In this document: piece after piece, positions 13,020 through 28,561 of the stretch | How the letters are laid out: the number at the start of each line of letters is the position of its first letter | Numbering within the stretch: position 1 is the stretch's first letter | NCBI GenBank assembly: GCA_964016885.1 | Contig: OZ024743.1 | Location: 259,098,001-259,162,000, forward strand | Length of the DNA stretch: 64,000 nt | Direction: 5' to 3' | Source: Eledone cirrhosa | Lineage: Eukaryota | Program-made: the position numbers and the translations under genes | Notes under the pieces: generated by a model | What the model saw: the letters and a program-made list of their open reading frames with translations, nothing else | Database searches by the model: none | Told to the model about the DNA's origin: nothing

Positions 13020-14290
13020 GCGTGTGTTGTTATCTCGCTTGTATGTGTGTGTGTGTGTTGTTGTCTCGCTTGTGTGTGTGTGTGTTGTTGTCTCGCTTGT
13101 GTGTCTGTGTTTGTGCGTGTGTTGTTGTCTCGTTTGTTTAAACCAACCCATTTCGTCTGCCTGTTTGGTGAATGCTACTGTGTGTGTGTGTGTTCTTGTC
13201 TCGCTTGTGTGTGTGCGCGTGGGTGTGTTGTTGCCTCGTTTGTTTAAACCAACCACCTCATTTCGCTTCTCTAGGATCGGTTATTTATTTGTGGCCCTAG
13301 GCGTTTGATCCAAAGTGCTTCCTTGATTCGTAATGTGCCGACGTTACGTTCCGTCTCTAGCACTGTGACGATGGGGCTTCCGTCTTTGTTTCCGCATTTG
13401 GTTATGTGTTTCCGGAAAGACGAGGCCCTGGTGTTGATGTGCTCCTTGATCCGGATGTGTAGCAGCCGGATTGTGCTACCTATATAGTAGTGGTTGCACT
13501 TGTTACATTCTACCTTATACACGACGTATGTGCGTAGGCAACAGTTCGTATGGCGCATCGGGCATTTTCTGAGGGAGCACGCGTCAGTCGATTTCCCGGG
13601 TTTCCTGGAGAGGCATCTTCGCAGGGAGGGGCCCGAGTGGGCCAGGTGGATGTCGAGGCCCTCCTTCCGTATAGCCCTGCGGATAGCGTTGGTGGTATTC
13701 TCGCCCAGGTGTGGTATTTTAAGGAAGCACTTGCCTTGGGTGTTTCTCTGCCTCTTGCGTCTGGTGTCTCTTATTCTGTCTGTAAGCGAGGCTGGGTACC
13801 CGTTCGTCTCCAGCACTTTGAGGAATCGCTTGGTATGGGTGACACCACTCGCGGGATCGCTGCATCTGTTTTTAATTCGCGTGATCTCGTTCGTGATGTA
13901 TCCTCTTTTAGCACTGTTAGGGAGGGCGGACTTGTAGTGGACGAACAGGTCCCTGCAAGCTGCCTTGCGGTAGAAGTTGGTGTGGATCCCTCCCTGTTCC
14001 GTGATGTTGATTCGGAAGTCGAGGAGGGCAAGTGACCCGTCGTCGCTGGGGTGTTCAACACTGAAATCAATGGTCTCGTCCGTGTTGTTGAACGTCTCAT
14101 AGATTCTGTTCGCCATCTCCTGGGAAGATGTGAGGATGAGGATATCGTCCACGTACCTTGAGAAAAAGGCGACAGCGTTGGGGTGGCATGTGTTGAGTGC
14201 CTTGCGCTCGAGGCTGTCCATGTATGAGATCGCTAGCACACCCGACAGGCTTGAGCCTATGGGCATCCCCGAGGTTTGCTGGTATGTTTG
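12420..14290 (-). mobile_element. 5'-truncated Penelope-like element (third family)
   Basis: RT C-terminal half and GIY-YIG ORF followed by a non-coding tail. Confidence 0.85.
13271..14290 (-). CDS. Penelope RT (motif B' to thumb) plus GIY-YIG endonuclease, uninterrupted fragment
   Basis: YQQTSGMPIGSSLSGVLA, RYVDDI, LALLD, FYRK, VVYKVECNKC..YIGSTIRLLHIRIKEH, EALWI..PQINNR. Confidence 0.85.
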   Translation of the reverse strand, partial: QTYQQTSGMPIGSSLSGVLAISYMDSLERKALNTCHPNAVAFFSRYVDDILILTSSQEMANRIYETFNNTDETIDFSVEHPSDDGSLALLDFRINITEQGGIHTNFYRKAACRDLFVHYKSALPNSAKRGYITNEITRIKNRCSDPASGVTHTKRFLKVLETNGYPASLTDRIRDTRRKRQRNTQGKCFLKIPHLGENTTNAIRRAIRKEGLDIHLAHSGPSLRRCLSRKPGKSTDACSLRKCPMRHTNCCLRTYVVYKVECNKCNHYYIGSTIRLLHIRIKEHINTRASSFRKHITKCGNKDGSPIVTVLETERNVGTLRIKEALWIKRLGPQINNRS

Positions 14291-14706
14291 TGCATATATA
14301 TACATATATATACACACACACATATATATATGGATCTATCTATCTATATACAGTCATAGATAGATATAGTCTCTTTATGTAATGCTAGAAAGCAATCTTG
14401 ACAATTTCTGGTAAGTTTTTGCAATCCATTTTGTTGTAAAGAATATGATTTAATTCTTATTTTTGTGTGTCAAACATATTTAGACTTCAGTCTTTTTTTT
14501 CATTGCTCGATAAATTGAATTCAATTTAGATTGGATACAAAAACTGTATAATAAAAAAACTGGCCTGAAAAAATTGTCTTTATGATACGAACTTCAATTT
14601 CCCAATTTGAAACAGTTTTTCATATAATTTGATTCATCTTTCACTATTTCATAAATCAATGAACCTATATTTTGCGATAGTGGTTTTTACGTAGTTGACA
14701 GTAAGT

Positions 14707-14778
<72 letters not shown>

Positions 14779-14837
14779 ACACATATATACGCCAATACGT
14801 AGACACACTTACATACACACACAGACACACACACACG

Positions 14838-14933
<96 letters not shown>

Positions 14934-15578
14934 CATATTGGACCATCAAGTATGAAATTTGTAGAAATTTGTAGAAAAAAAATCAAATTTCTACAAATGT
15001 CATACTTGACGGACCCAATATATATATATGTACACCCCCAACAGATATAAATATAGTTTTGAAAATTATTAGAAAAACTTTTCTCGTGATTATCTTTCGC
15101 TTCAAAGCGTAAAATTATCACCAGAAAAGATTTTCTAATAATTTTGAAATACAGATTATTACAGGCACACAACACACGCACACACACACACACACACACA
15201 TACACAAGCACATCACCAACACACACTCACACTCAGGCACACACACACACACACACACACATACACACACACACCAACACACAAATACACACTCACACAC
15301 ACACAAACACACACACGCACGCACACACACCAACATACATACAAATATAGTTCAAGAAATTTCAAGACAAACAGTGATGCAAAAACAGGAAGAGGTACAA
15401 TGGATACAATTGACGCTAGTACAATACATAACATGTTTAATTATATGGGGCACCACTTATTGTAAAGAGATATATATCTATCTCAACTATAATAAAGTAA
15501 GGAACGCGGGACTGCGTACGCTTTATAATTTTTTTTATCCCATTAGTAAAATAAGTTGGATTAATTTGAATAAATAAT

Positions 15579-15755
15579 TGTTTCTACGTTAGGCACAAGG
15601 CCAGCAATTACCCAGTGTATTACTGGTACTTTATTTTATCGACCCCGTAAGGATGAAAGGCAAAGGTAACCTCGGCGGGATTTGAATTCAGAATGGCAAG
15701 GGCCGTAACTCTATGCGTCAAAGCATGGCATCCGACACTCTACCAATACTGCCAA
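15579..15755 (-). mobile_element. Deu/Nin-domain-like tRNA SINE with 12-bp TSD
   Basis: B box gaattcaaatcc; gcctttcatcct..ggggtcgataaaataaagtacc. TSD tgaataaataat at 15567-15578 and 15756-15767. Confidence 0.85.
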
Positions 15756-16126
15756 TGAATAAATAATGAATGAATGTTACATAATTTATCTACTAAATTT
15801 CGTGGCTGTTGAGTAAATATATTTTGTTTATTTAAAGATTCACTTCTTTAAAATTTCTGAAATGTCAACACTTCCGGTTGGCCATCGCTTAAATAAACAT
15901 ACTAATTTTCTGTCACTAATTTTCTCCTAATGCAGTTTATATATAATATCGTCTTTTTTTATGTATCATGGATTATGTTACTGATTAAATAAGACAGTGT
16001 AACGCAGTCTTCGTTCAATTTCTATGTATTATTATATATTGTCAATTACGATTTTATTTGATGTATCATATCTACATGTATATATATATATCAATATACA
16101 CACTACACATGCTAGCAGAAAACCAC
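15756..16126. repeat. Unclassified interspersed repeat; inverted copy at ~60346-60735 and partial copy at ~48330-48395
   Basis: Shared blocks such as aaagattcacttctttaa..cacttccggtt and tgcagtttatatataatatcgtc. Confidence 0.7.
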
Positions 16127-16687
16127 CCGAAGAGTGGTTTTTCTGCTAGTCTATATTAATAAAGCTGACGGTCGTATGTATGTATTTTTTCTTTGACATC
16201 GCTTCGGTGTGTGTGAGAGTGTGTGTACCTACTCACACTAATTGTGACCGTCTATAGTACTACAGATCTGATACTGTGTTGGTATGTATATATATATTTT
16301 TTCTTTGACCTCGAGTCGGTGTGTGTGGGTGTTGAGTGTGTGTGTATCCACTCACATTAACTGTGACCGACTGTAATTCTACAGATTTGATTGATGTCCA
16401 GCGTCTTTTGCAGCTATTGGGATATAGAAACTTGATAGTTTTATGACCTTAACTGAAGAAGATAGCAGTCGCCGTATTTTGACTGATTGGTCTTCGTATG
16501 AGGGAATAAACTCTGTGAGTGAACATTGCTAATTTTCTCCCCATATCAAGAATTTGAAGACAATTCATTTTCACGTGACGAGAACAGTGATAATCGATCA
16601 TGGCTTCACGATCGATCTATCTCTTATTGAAACATGTGTCGTGATTAAAATGAGTGGAAATTTTACCTTGCCTTCGGATTTTCATTT

Positions 16688-16750
<63 letters not shown>

Positions 16751-16754
<4 letters not shown>

Positions 16755-17365
16755 GTGTATATTGAGTTAGAAACTCAAAATAGTCTCTTACAATTAAATA
16801 GCTCAGAGAAAGAAATTTTTCCGGGCCGTGTAATATAATTGAATATAAAAGAGAGATAAACACAGATATATACATATATGTGTTCAAATCGTAAGGGACC
16901 AGATTCGCTAAGGTGAAAAAAAAAAAATACTAGGGTTTGCCAGACTCAATTTAAAAGAATAAATTAAGAAAAAATACAAACCGAAATTGTGATAACTATC
17001 AAACACCCAGACAGCTTTTAGTAATGCTGTTTCGCAATTTCGTAATAGGGAATTATCAATTCTATTGCTCTTTAGTGGGTGTGAAATTAGTAAACCCTTC
17101 ACTTCTAAGTATCTCAGGAGACTGAATGTTGTGCGTATATAAAAAATAACGCACATGGCATCCACATGGCATCCAGCGTGTCTCATAAAACGTATGCTAC
17201 TAAAAATAGCAACCAATTTCACTTGACATTTAAAATAGATCACCAAATTCAAGGAGGCGAATATATCAAAGGTATATATTGAGTTAGAAACTCAAAATAA
17301 TCCCTTACGATTTAAACACATATATGTATATATCTGTGTTTTTATCTCTTTTATATTCAATTTTA
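16751..17365. mobile_element. Second copy of the 3372-4119 repeat family, with direct terminal repeats
   Basis: tatattgagttagaaactcaaaata at ~16758 and ~17275. Flanked by (TA)n. Confidence 0.6.
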
Positions 17366-17761
17366 TATATATATATATGACTAGGTGCATGTCACATTCC
17401 AATTATTGGTGCCTCATATACTTAGAAACGTTATATATTATACTAACGTCAATTTTATCTACAGTACCTCTTCCCAACAAATTCCTGGTCTTGTGTTCGA
17501 CATTATTATTTTGTATCATTAGAGAACAATTTAAAAGACCCTTATATCCCATCACTACCAAAATGTTATATTACATAACGAAGTTGAAGACAATTGTATA
17601 ATATAAGAGTTTATTTATATTACAGTTAGACATGTATTGAAAGATAAGTGATCTGAGCGAAAGTGAGAATGAATGTGTTGTATTACTACTTCAGTGATAT
17701 TAAACACAGTGCGCGTGTAAAGTAGTTCGACACATTACTACAGTATTAGCCTTTCACGTCT

Positions 17762-18010
17762 GTGTTGCTCTCCGACAGGTTTGCGGTCGTGTCCTTGGCA
17801 GTGGAGTCTTCTGGCGTCCTTAGCCCTAGGGCTACCTCCCTACTTACCATCATAGGCGCTGAGCTGGCCAGTCTCAGGTGTGAGCCTCGCGAGTTGGAAT
17901 GGCTCTTCCAGCGCATCTCCCTTACCATCCTCCGGGGACACGCCTTCTCCATTCTGTCTGCCATTCTGTCTCCATTCTGTGGGGAGGCCAGCACGTGGGA
18001 CCCCATTTGA
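17762..18010 (+). pseudogene. CRE-clade (restriction-like endonuclease) non-LTR retrotransposon C-terminal fragment
   Basis: FAVVSLAVESSGVLSPRA...WLFQRISLTILRGHAFSIL resembles the CRE C-terminal consensus FxPxAxExxG...LFQRLSxxIxRGNA. Confidence 0.7.
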
Positions 18011-18905
18011 TCACCATACAGAGAGATAGAGGAGATGACGATGGGAGTTCGGCACTTCCACGTTTGGACCATATCCTTGTGGTTGTGTTCATTATCTATA
18101 GAGTTCATTCCTATCCTATTGACCATGTTTTCGCCCCTAATCTGTGAACAGAAGCTAAAATTTGGTTACTGATCATGATATTTAATCGACTGCGACCTAC
18201 ATATTCGGATTAGCGAACCCCTTATGTAAATGGAAGCGAATTAACAATCATTAGAACGCCGGATAGAATGTTTTACATTATTCATTCTGGCCCCCTCCCC
18301 TCTGAGTACAAATCCTTCCGATTTTTAACTATACTTTTCATGCTTCCGAGATCTTTCGAGTGCTGGGTCAATTCTTGCTTTATGTTCCTTTCGTACTCTC
18401 TCACCCACATTTCTCACTTTCAGACACGCTCTCCCTCTGTCTCTCTCACTCTTACTTTCTCTCTCGCTCTCTCTCGCTCTCCCCCTTTCTCTCTCATTCT
18501 CTCTCGCCCCCCTCTCTCTCTCACAAATTCAATATTACACTTTCTATTTCATTTATTCCGAGGGTAGGTGTGAAAGGCAGTGGGAGGCACATACCACTTT
18601 GATATGGTGATAAATATTGCTAGAATTCGGATTTAAAACACATATATACTTACATTGCCATCATTATAATAATGATTTTGATGACCTCATAGTTATATTG
18701 ACTTCCATTATTGTAACCGAAAGTACACTCCCGGTATTTAAGCAGAAAGAGACCTATGAATTCACAAGACTCTGTATCGGTGAAGTTACCCATGGTAACA
18801 ACATAGATGAGATTAACATAGGCTCTGTTGCTAAGAATAACAAAATGATTTTACTGATAAGTCAAAGTAGGTCATTACCATTAGCAAAAACAATATGATT
18901 GTTCG

Positions 18906-19006
<101 letters not shown>

Positions 19007-19303
19007 CGTACGTATGTATACACAAAACACTCAGACACACACACGTGTGTGTGTCTGAGGCGAGCATGCACACAGAGAATTGCATATGTAATACAAACAG
19101 ACACAGATAATTCCTCGTGTAAATATCAATTGGAAAGGTCAGTGATAAGGAGAATATATACGAATATTTGATGCAGAAATTGATGCCATTACCACACTGT
19201 CGAAATTCATACATAGACACACACACGTACACACACACGCACACATGTGCATACATACATGAGTATGTGGGTGTTTACGTATATATATATATATACCCAA
19301 TTA

Positions 19304-19373
<70 letters not shown>

Positions 19374-19595
19374 CATACCCACTTATGCATTTGTATGTGA
19401 GCGTATACGTTTATATATGTATATATATATGCATATGTATGTGAGTGCATACACATACACGCACATGTGCACAGTCACTCACTAATGATATATATATATA
19501 TATATATACATATATCTCACAGACACCCACTACTGATATATATATATATATATGTGTGTGTGTATTTATATATATCATTATTAGTGGGTGTCTGT

Positions 19596-19651
<56 letters not shown>

Positions 19652-19904
19652 TATATATATATCTGTCATTAACATGGATTCTTATGTAACCTAACTATTA
19701 TCAATTCTACCATTCCAATATTCACTAACTATCTATCAGTGCATTATCTCGGATGAAATATCAAAAACAGTTCGTCTATTTTCTCAGAATATAATCGATT
19801 AAACATAAAATAAAAATTATGCAAAGATGTTACACGTGAACTTTTATTACAGACGGTTTCTTATGAACTCCAGCAAAGTAGCATAATGAATAATACAATT
19901 GTCA

Positions 19905-20019
<115 letters not shown>

Positions 20020-20769
20020 CACATACACATACACACATATGTGCTTATTAAAATGTTCAAATTATATAACACACGCTATATGATACAAATAAACTTTAAC
20101 AATAAAAGATCAATACTCCAAAAAGTTGAAAATCTAATAGTAGTTATTGAACAGTTAATCTCTTTATGGCCGCTCCGCCTACTAGAATTAGAAGCTAAAT
20201 CCTCTTCAAATTCAATTAAATTACTAGACATAGCAACGTAGGTTTTTTTTACAACCATGTTTTGCCGACTTCAAACTGGAAGGGCGTATTTGATATCTTC
20301 CTAGATGAACAATGCCTGAAAATAAGATTGTGTGCTCATGGCAGAAATGTCTTTGGCTACAGGTATATCTGAAGATTTATTTTACTGATGCATCAAACCA
20401 GGACTAGAAACGCCCATGATTCAGCCTAGAAGAACCAGTAAATGGTTCGTTCAGGATTAGTTTGATGTATTTGATGTTGACTTTGAACTTTTGTAGGTGG
20501 ATGGTTGTGGGAAAAGTAAGAAAACTCTGGAGGATTGTATCACTGTTGAGGAATGATTCAGCAAAATGTATAATTCATACATTTTATTTTAACACTTAAC
20601 CGCCTGTACTACATGAAACAGCACTAGCAAAATATTCTTGAAAATTACAAACCAGTACTCTGGCTGCATTACACTAAAAATTAAAATCTACTACAAATTT
20701 TCACAATGATCTCGTCTATCCGTAAAAATACTATTGTTAAGAGATAAGTAAAATTTCATCTGAATTATA

Positions 20770-21489
20770 CCTGGCTCCCGTCCCTGTTCTCACGCCCGCT
20801 ATAACACCTGTTCCTTCATTTCAAAATTCACCACTCTCACAGCTACTAACGGCTCTTTCTGTGTTCGCCACATCTTTACCTGCACCTCCACCAACGTTAT
20901 CTGTTCCCTTTGCGGATCCTCATACTTCAGACAAACAGGCCGCCCTCTGGTGGACCGATTCGCAGGACATATGAGGCATACGACTTAGCAGGGATAACCA
21001 TGTCATCTGGCAATTCCGTTCCCCAGGCCACTCTTCTCTACACGCTCAGTCATGGATGTCCTATTGCATCACGAATCATCGGCTTGCACACCAGGACTGA
21101 GCAGAACATAATATTTAGCCTTGGGATCAGTTTCCCAAATGGACTCAACGTCTCTCCACATTTTCTTTAATCTATATTTACCCTTGGACACATGCGCTCA
21201 TGTGTGCTTCTGACACCCATACCTCATCCGCTGTCACACGCGCGCGCATATTCACCCCTCGAATTTCCTACGGCTTCGTTACGGTCAGAAATACACACCC
21301 TCACATCTGTGTACAGACAAACAACAAACACACACGCATCAGTATAGTATATTGACACTCACAACTCTGCATGGACCAAAAACAAACACGCATACACATA
21401 TACACACACACTCTTAAACTTACACACACGCATATCCTCACAACTTCATCCAGACAGCAAAAACACACGCAAAAACACACGCATACATG

Positions 21490-21563
<74 letters not shown>

Positions 21564-21910
21564 TATCTACTATAAATACAAAAGGATTTTTCCTCCTCAG
21601 AACGATATATGATACTTTTGTTTACAGCCTTTCAAAAGACGGCAAACTGAACTTCCTACACCATAAACGTTCCTATCAATAACCACGAAATGACATATTC
21701 ACTACCACCTTTTATTAACAACCTCTTGTGACTGCGTCTACGTGTGTGTGTATGTATACGCAGAATTCTATACACATATTTGTTTACTTCCTTACATTGG
21801 TCAGTCCAAGCGCGCACGCTCACACACACCTCTACACTCTCTCAGCAGCAGCCAGCTCCACTGCGGTCCAAAAACCAATACTTCTCTCCTTTGTACAAAC
21901 AAACGAACAA

Positions 21911-22001
<91 letters not shown>

Positions 22002-22330
22002 CACATACACACGAGCACACATGTCCACTAAAACTATACAATGATTACACCCCTTTCTAAACCTCTTTAACACCTAAGATACCCACAAACCAGCATTTCT
22101 CCAGAAAGGCTGACTGAATACAAGCGTGGTTTTTCTAAAAAAAAAAAAAAATGTGTTTTGGTTCCTTTCTCTTCGCGCTCTAACTTTCTATTCCATCTAT
22201 TATTTCTAATTCTATCTTCTGACGAAGGACTAGTGTCCGAAACATAAAAACTCTTTTCATACTATATCAACTATATCAACTATATCAAACGTTAAACTAA
22301 TATATTTCTTCATTGTACTGTGTTTGTTTT
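20770..22330 (+). mobile_element. Decayed Penelope-like 3' end (GIY-YIG remnant and pLTR with hammerhead at 22215-22250)
   Basis: Translates to FTCTSTNVI and QTGRPLVDRFAGHMR. CTGACGA-aggac-tagt-gtcc-GAAAC at 22219-22243. Confidence 0.65.
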
Positions 22331-22602
22331 GTTGTTTCCGTTTTCATACACACATGTATGTATGTAAGCGTAACGTGAACGGAAACAACAATACAAAACA
22401 ATGAAAACAATATATTAGTTCAACACTAGATATTGAGAAGAGAAAGAGACGGAAAAATATTTGGTGTGTGTGTGTGTGTGTGTGTGTGTAACTGGTAACC
22501 CACATTTATTATATCAGAAGATGGAATCTCAATCGTTAAAAAAGACAAGTCTTGCAGATGCATGAAGCCTTAAGTGTGGAAATATAGCCAATATAATAGT
22601 CA

Positions 22603-22786
22603 TATTGGCAGTATCGGTAGAGGGTCGGATGCCATGCTTTGACGTATAGAGTTACGGCCCTTGCCATTCTGAGTTCAAATCCCGCCGAGGTTAACTTTGC
22701 CTTTCATCCTTACGGGTCGATAAAATAAAGTACCAGTAATGTTCTGGGTAATTGCTGGCCTTGTGCCAAAAGTAGAAACAATTATT
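22603..22786 (+). mobile_element. Deu/Nin-domain-like tRNA SINE
   Basis: cggtagagg, gagttcaaatcc, gcctttcatcct, 3' end ccttgtgccaaaagtagaaaca-attatt. Confidence 0.85.
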
Positions 22787-23659
22787 GGTATAAGTGAAAA
22801 ACTTTAATCTCTGAATAAAAAATGAAGTGTGAAGATATTCTATCGAAGTCAAACTTCTATACTTCTTGTGTGGTAAAAATACTAATTCAGCCTCGAGTGC
22901 ATCTTCCGATGTTAGGCCTTAATCTCGTTACGTTTATCAATTCATCGTTCTAATTTCACTATAGTACTGTGAACAGGTAACACACACTGTGTTACAAATA
23001 TCGAGAATAGATAATACTCATACGTGAGTCTTAATAAAGAAATAAAGAAATAACATCGAATTTTAAAATTATAATCGCGTTCGAAGCAGTTCATGACAAT
23101 CAACAGAAGCAAGTGCTGGTTTAGTAAAGTAATCTAATATTTATTTGAAATATGTAGATAAACAACTCAAAATAGTTAAAACTACATAAATTATTTTTAC
23201 TTTAAAAAATTGTTATTTTAGTTTAACGTACAAATAAAAATCAATAAATTAACTCTTTGGCGTTATTTCTACAGAATACAATTGTATTTCGTCGTTCAGT
23301 CGAGGAGTTATTAGATCAAAGAATTGTTTCGAACAAATAATTTTTTTCTCACTAACATGTCCAGTGATGATAGAATCACTGGTGCAGTCAGATATTTTTG
23401 AAAGTATTAATATCAGCTGCGTGTCCTCTAAAACTCTGTGAGCCTGGCTAAATCAACTAAAATTGAATTTAGTATCACCCCGCTCTCTCTCTAAAGTCCT
23501 TGCCTTCTTTGGAGTTTTTTCTTCTGGTGCTATGCACACCATAGTTCTGCTGTTCAACAAAAATAGGATAAGACAACGAGAAATACACAAACCCACGTTG
23601 ATATTCATTCATACATAATAGGAGGTAATAATTCTCCATCTAATAGTATTACACATATG

Positions 23660-23972
23660 TGAAGGTGCACAACTTCATGGTTAATGTGATTGGCTCGAGA
23701 AAGTAAGGTTGGGAGTTCGATTCCCGATGGCACGTTATATCTTTAAGTAAGACACTTTATTTCAGTCCACTCGACTGGAAAAAATGGGTTGTACCTCTGA
23801 TCAAAGGTTCAATACCGTTAAATACTCAACCACACTGAATTTTCCCGAGAACTACGTTAAGTATACACGTGGCCGTGAAATGCTCGGCCACTTGCACGAT
23901 CATTTCACGAGCAGGTTGTTCATCTGATTAAGTAACTGGCACATTGGTCGTCGGAAGAGATGGAGGTCCAGT
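23660..23972 (+). mobile_element. CORE-type tRNA SINE (diverged)
   Basis: gagttcgattcc B box, aagacactttatttca. Body shared with 57440-57675. Confidence 0.65.
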
Positions 23973-24604
23973 ATACATTATAAGTATAAAAATATAATTC
24001 CTCTTGAAGATGCTGGGTTGTATACTATATAATCTATCTACTGCAAAAATGACTTCAAATGATTATTAAATTATTTTACACATGTATACATATCTGATCA
24101 TATAATACTTTAAGTATGTTTTTCTACCCTAAACGTGACTTGGGGTACTAGTTTGGTAAGCAATGAAGGAAATACACAACACACAAATCAAACAAACCAG
24201 AGTCTGAATATTTGTGCTTTTCTGTAGGCGTTCTATAAAAAGATTCTCGAAATTGCTTTTAGCTTTCCCAGTTATCTTTTGACACATCTTTGTATTATAG
24301 TCTTAACTTTCACAACAAGTTTGAAAGCCATTACGCAGTGTTCGCGGTCATAACTTTTGTTTTCTTTCAACCGAACCAATGTTGATGACTCCGTGCTCAA
24401 AACATGGTTCCATATGCAATTCCAAACGGAAAACAGGTTATGCACAGTATGCATGCTACATGTGGTTAGGATGTAGGTATCACGATCATATTGGACATGG
24501 GGGTGTTTAGTGACTTCAAACAAAACTATTTCTTTTCACGTTGCAGCAGTACACACAGCTGAAAGACATTAGTACTAGCAGCAGCAATTAAGAGTCAGCC
24601 TTGC

Positions 24605-24895
24605 AGTCGGTTTTGCCCGTTGGTTTTGCCCGTAAAATCTATCGAGCAATTCTTTCCTTAGATATTCTGACCACATGTCCGTACCATCAGAGCTGTGCTT
24701 TCTCAATTCGGGGAATAAGCGGCCCTACCGGGAGCGATTCCTTGATCGCTGAAATACGCACTCTACCGAGTAACGTTACTGTAAAAAACCCTTTGTAGGA
24801 ACCCATTTCAGCCGATAGTATTTGCGATCGCATTTTCTCGGTCGTTACCCAAGATTGGCACGAATACCCGATCAAAGATAACAATACTAGGGCAT
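24605..24895 (-). pseudogene. RTE-clade LINE C-terminal fragment
   Basis: YSCQSW..R.QILSAEM...VTLLGRVR..AIKESL.V..IEKAQL-WYGHVVRI. Confidence 0.75.
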
Positions 24896-25274
24896 TCGTA
24901 TAGAGACTTCAGGACAACAAGAAGCTGTCCATTGATCACATACTACTGCAGAACCTTTCACGTCAGGTCCCATGGAAAGTGGTCGTATGCTTTGCCGAGT
25001 TCTACGTAACATGCTACTACGATTTCTTGAAGACAAGTGTAACAACAGCATGCTCAATTCACTTATATATGCGAGTTGAAATTAAAGATCACATTGCTTA
25101 GAGTCAATTATGTGGAGTAAAATAAGAAATGTCTATCATTCCATCAGTTTGATCCCCAAACTTTGCTTTCTTGTGAGAATGTCAAAATTGACCATATTTT
25201 AACCATATTTTAAATAAGGCTGATGGTTAGTTTTTGCACCTGTGATATACAAATTCTGGTGTAAATATATATAA

Positions 25275-26283
<1,009 letters not shown>

Positions 26284-26930
26284 TAATGCTGGAGAGAACA
26301 ACAATAATTTATGAATACATATATTTTTAATAGCTGACAATTTGTTTCAAACACTAAACCATCATTATGCACGTTGAATTATGCATCATTATACTCATTT
26401 TTGAATCAAAGCATGGTGGATGATCTAACGGTTTCTAATTCGAATTTTTTTACTATCCAAGTACCGCCTTTACTGTAGGTTCTTCACTTCGGTGATACGA
26501 TTTGATTTTTGAATTAATATGTTATAATACTTTCGTCTGGCTCTGATGAGTTCACTAAATCACCCATTTATTATCACTGTACGGATATCGATTTTTGATC
26601 GGTATCTAAACCCTCAACGTGCATAATGATGCTTTAGTGTATGAAACGAATTGTCAGCCATTAAAAATATATGTATTCATAAATCTTTGTTGTTCTCTCC
26701 AACATTTTATATATGCTTATTTTGCTCTGCTTATAATAATTTTGTTAAACATATTTCCTTCCATTTACTTGCTTGGTTTGCTTGTCTTGCAATCTATACG
26801 CATTGAGCACACTAACTTTCTCTCTACTTGTAATCTGCATAACTAATCACCTATTTTTTCCTTTATGATTGGTTTGTTTGCTTTTTATTTGATATATATA
26901 TAGAAAGCGTTTTATACAGATCACGTTATA

Positions 26931-27169
26931 TAAGGAAAATTATTTTCAAAAAAGGGTTTGAAAATAACATGTACAAAAATTGATGTTAAAAATTGATGTT
27001 AGCAAAGCCTGTTTTCTCTGTTTTGGATTATCAAAACATTTATTATTAGGTTAAACGGAGAAAAGAGGCTTTGCTAACATCAATTTTTAACAAATTTTTG
27101 TACATGTTATAAAGATCCTTTATGTATGTACTAGTTGCGCTTTTCAAACCCTTTTTAAAAAATAATTTT

Positions 27170-27174
<5 letters not shown>
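26931..27174. mobile_element. Foldback/MITE with nested inverted repeats
   Basis: taaggaaaattattttcaaaaaagggtttgaaaa pairs with ttttcaaaccctttttaaaaaataattttcctta. Inner arms ataacatgtacaaaaatt...gcaaagcct. Confidence 0.7.
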
Positions 27175-27252
<78 letters not shown>

Positions 27253-28498
27253 GGAGAGAGATAGAGATGGAAAGCGGGATAGATAGATGGATAAGGCAAG
27301 TGAGGAAGAGAGTGAGAGAGGGAGGTGACATTATGAAAGACGGAAATGTTAAGAACTTAAGACAAAATATTGCAAAATTCACTAATTCCATCAGCGATTG
27401 ATTATATAGCTTCGAGTAAACTGAATTGTGAATTGGAGAAGGTATTTATTAAAGTACCATGAATGAATTAGATACTGAAGAATTATAACGTGCAGGATTT
27501 GTGCTAGGAGCTTACTTGATAAGAATTTGTTTAGACATTTTCCAACATTTAATTAGTTTACGAAACATTAAAAGAAATTGTTTCAATAAAATTTGTTTGC
27601 CATGACACTAAAGTGTCTCACAGGAAGTATTATCTTCATGCAAATGGCGTCTTTTGACTCCCCGTTAGATAAGTTGTTGAAGCAGAAATTTAAGTTGAGG
27701 ACGTTTTCTGCAGAATTTACTAATCCTATTTAATCCAAGCCCGAAAATATAGTATTAATATGTACCAACAGAAAAGACAACCAGTTTTATGAGTTTACGT
27801 AAGTGAATTTCATTTTCTCAAACTAAACACGTAAACTGCATTATCATCCTGTCAATAGATTTTACTCTGATGCACTTTTTCTATTAAACTTAACCATTAG
27901 AATACCGATGGTATCTCCTGGTATGCGATTTAAGTATTCATGTTTTGAGCGTACAGCGAGGTTTCAGTTCTTGGTTAGAGCAATACAATTTATGCAATTA
28001 ATGCTATCAGAGAAAAACAATTGTTCATTATCTGATTTTTTTTTCTATTTACTGCTATCTTCACAAGTAATTAGTAGTTTATCATTGAATGCGAAAATTG
28101 AACCCAGAATTTAATTAAATCATCAAATCCTTTAACCAGAAAAGTAAAATCTAGGGGAAGAACATATAACACTCTACGTAAGATCAATAGAATTCAATGA
28201 AGCAAAAATCTAAGAAATAATTAATTTCATTTATCAGTAAAGTTTAAGCTAAACATCAATAGAGTATTTTGTTTAATCTTTCGCTTCAAGGAAGTATACG
28301 AAGATACATTTCCCTAAACATCATTCGGAGACAGCAACAGCGTATTCTTGTAGTGTATAATACATAAGATATTTTGACAGTGAAAGCAAGCCGTCTATGG
28401 AAACTGATATGCCTTTATGCTAAATATAATGTAAATATAACTACAGGCGTGGCTGCGAAAAGAATGAAGTGTAAACACTCTTCACTATTCCTCTATAC

Positions 28499-28561
28499 CA
28501 GGGGTAGGCAACCCCCGGCCCGCGGGCCACATCCGGCCCTCGAATGATTTATGTCCGGCCC
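28499..28561 (+). mobile_element. hAT (Charlie-like) MITE left end
   Basis: CAGGGGTAGGCAACC...GGCCCGCGGGCC..TCCGGCCC terminus and subterminal motifs. Confidence 0.7.

Noticed and set aside
20230-24570. Possible minus-strand host exons with acceptor-like sites near 20317, 23551 and 24560 (also ~18145)
   Set aside because: Frames close quickly, there is no recognisable protein and no consistent donor chain. A spliced lncRNA cannot be excluded without RNA data.
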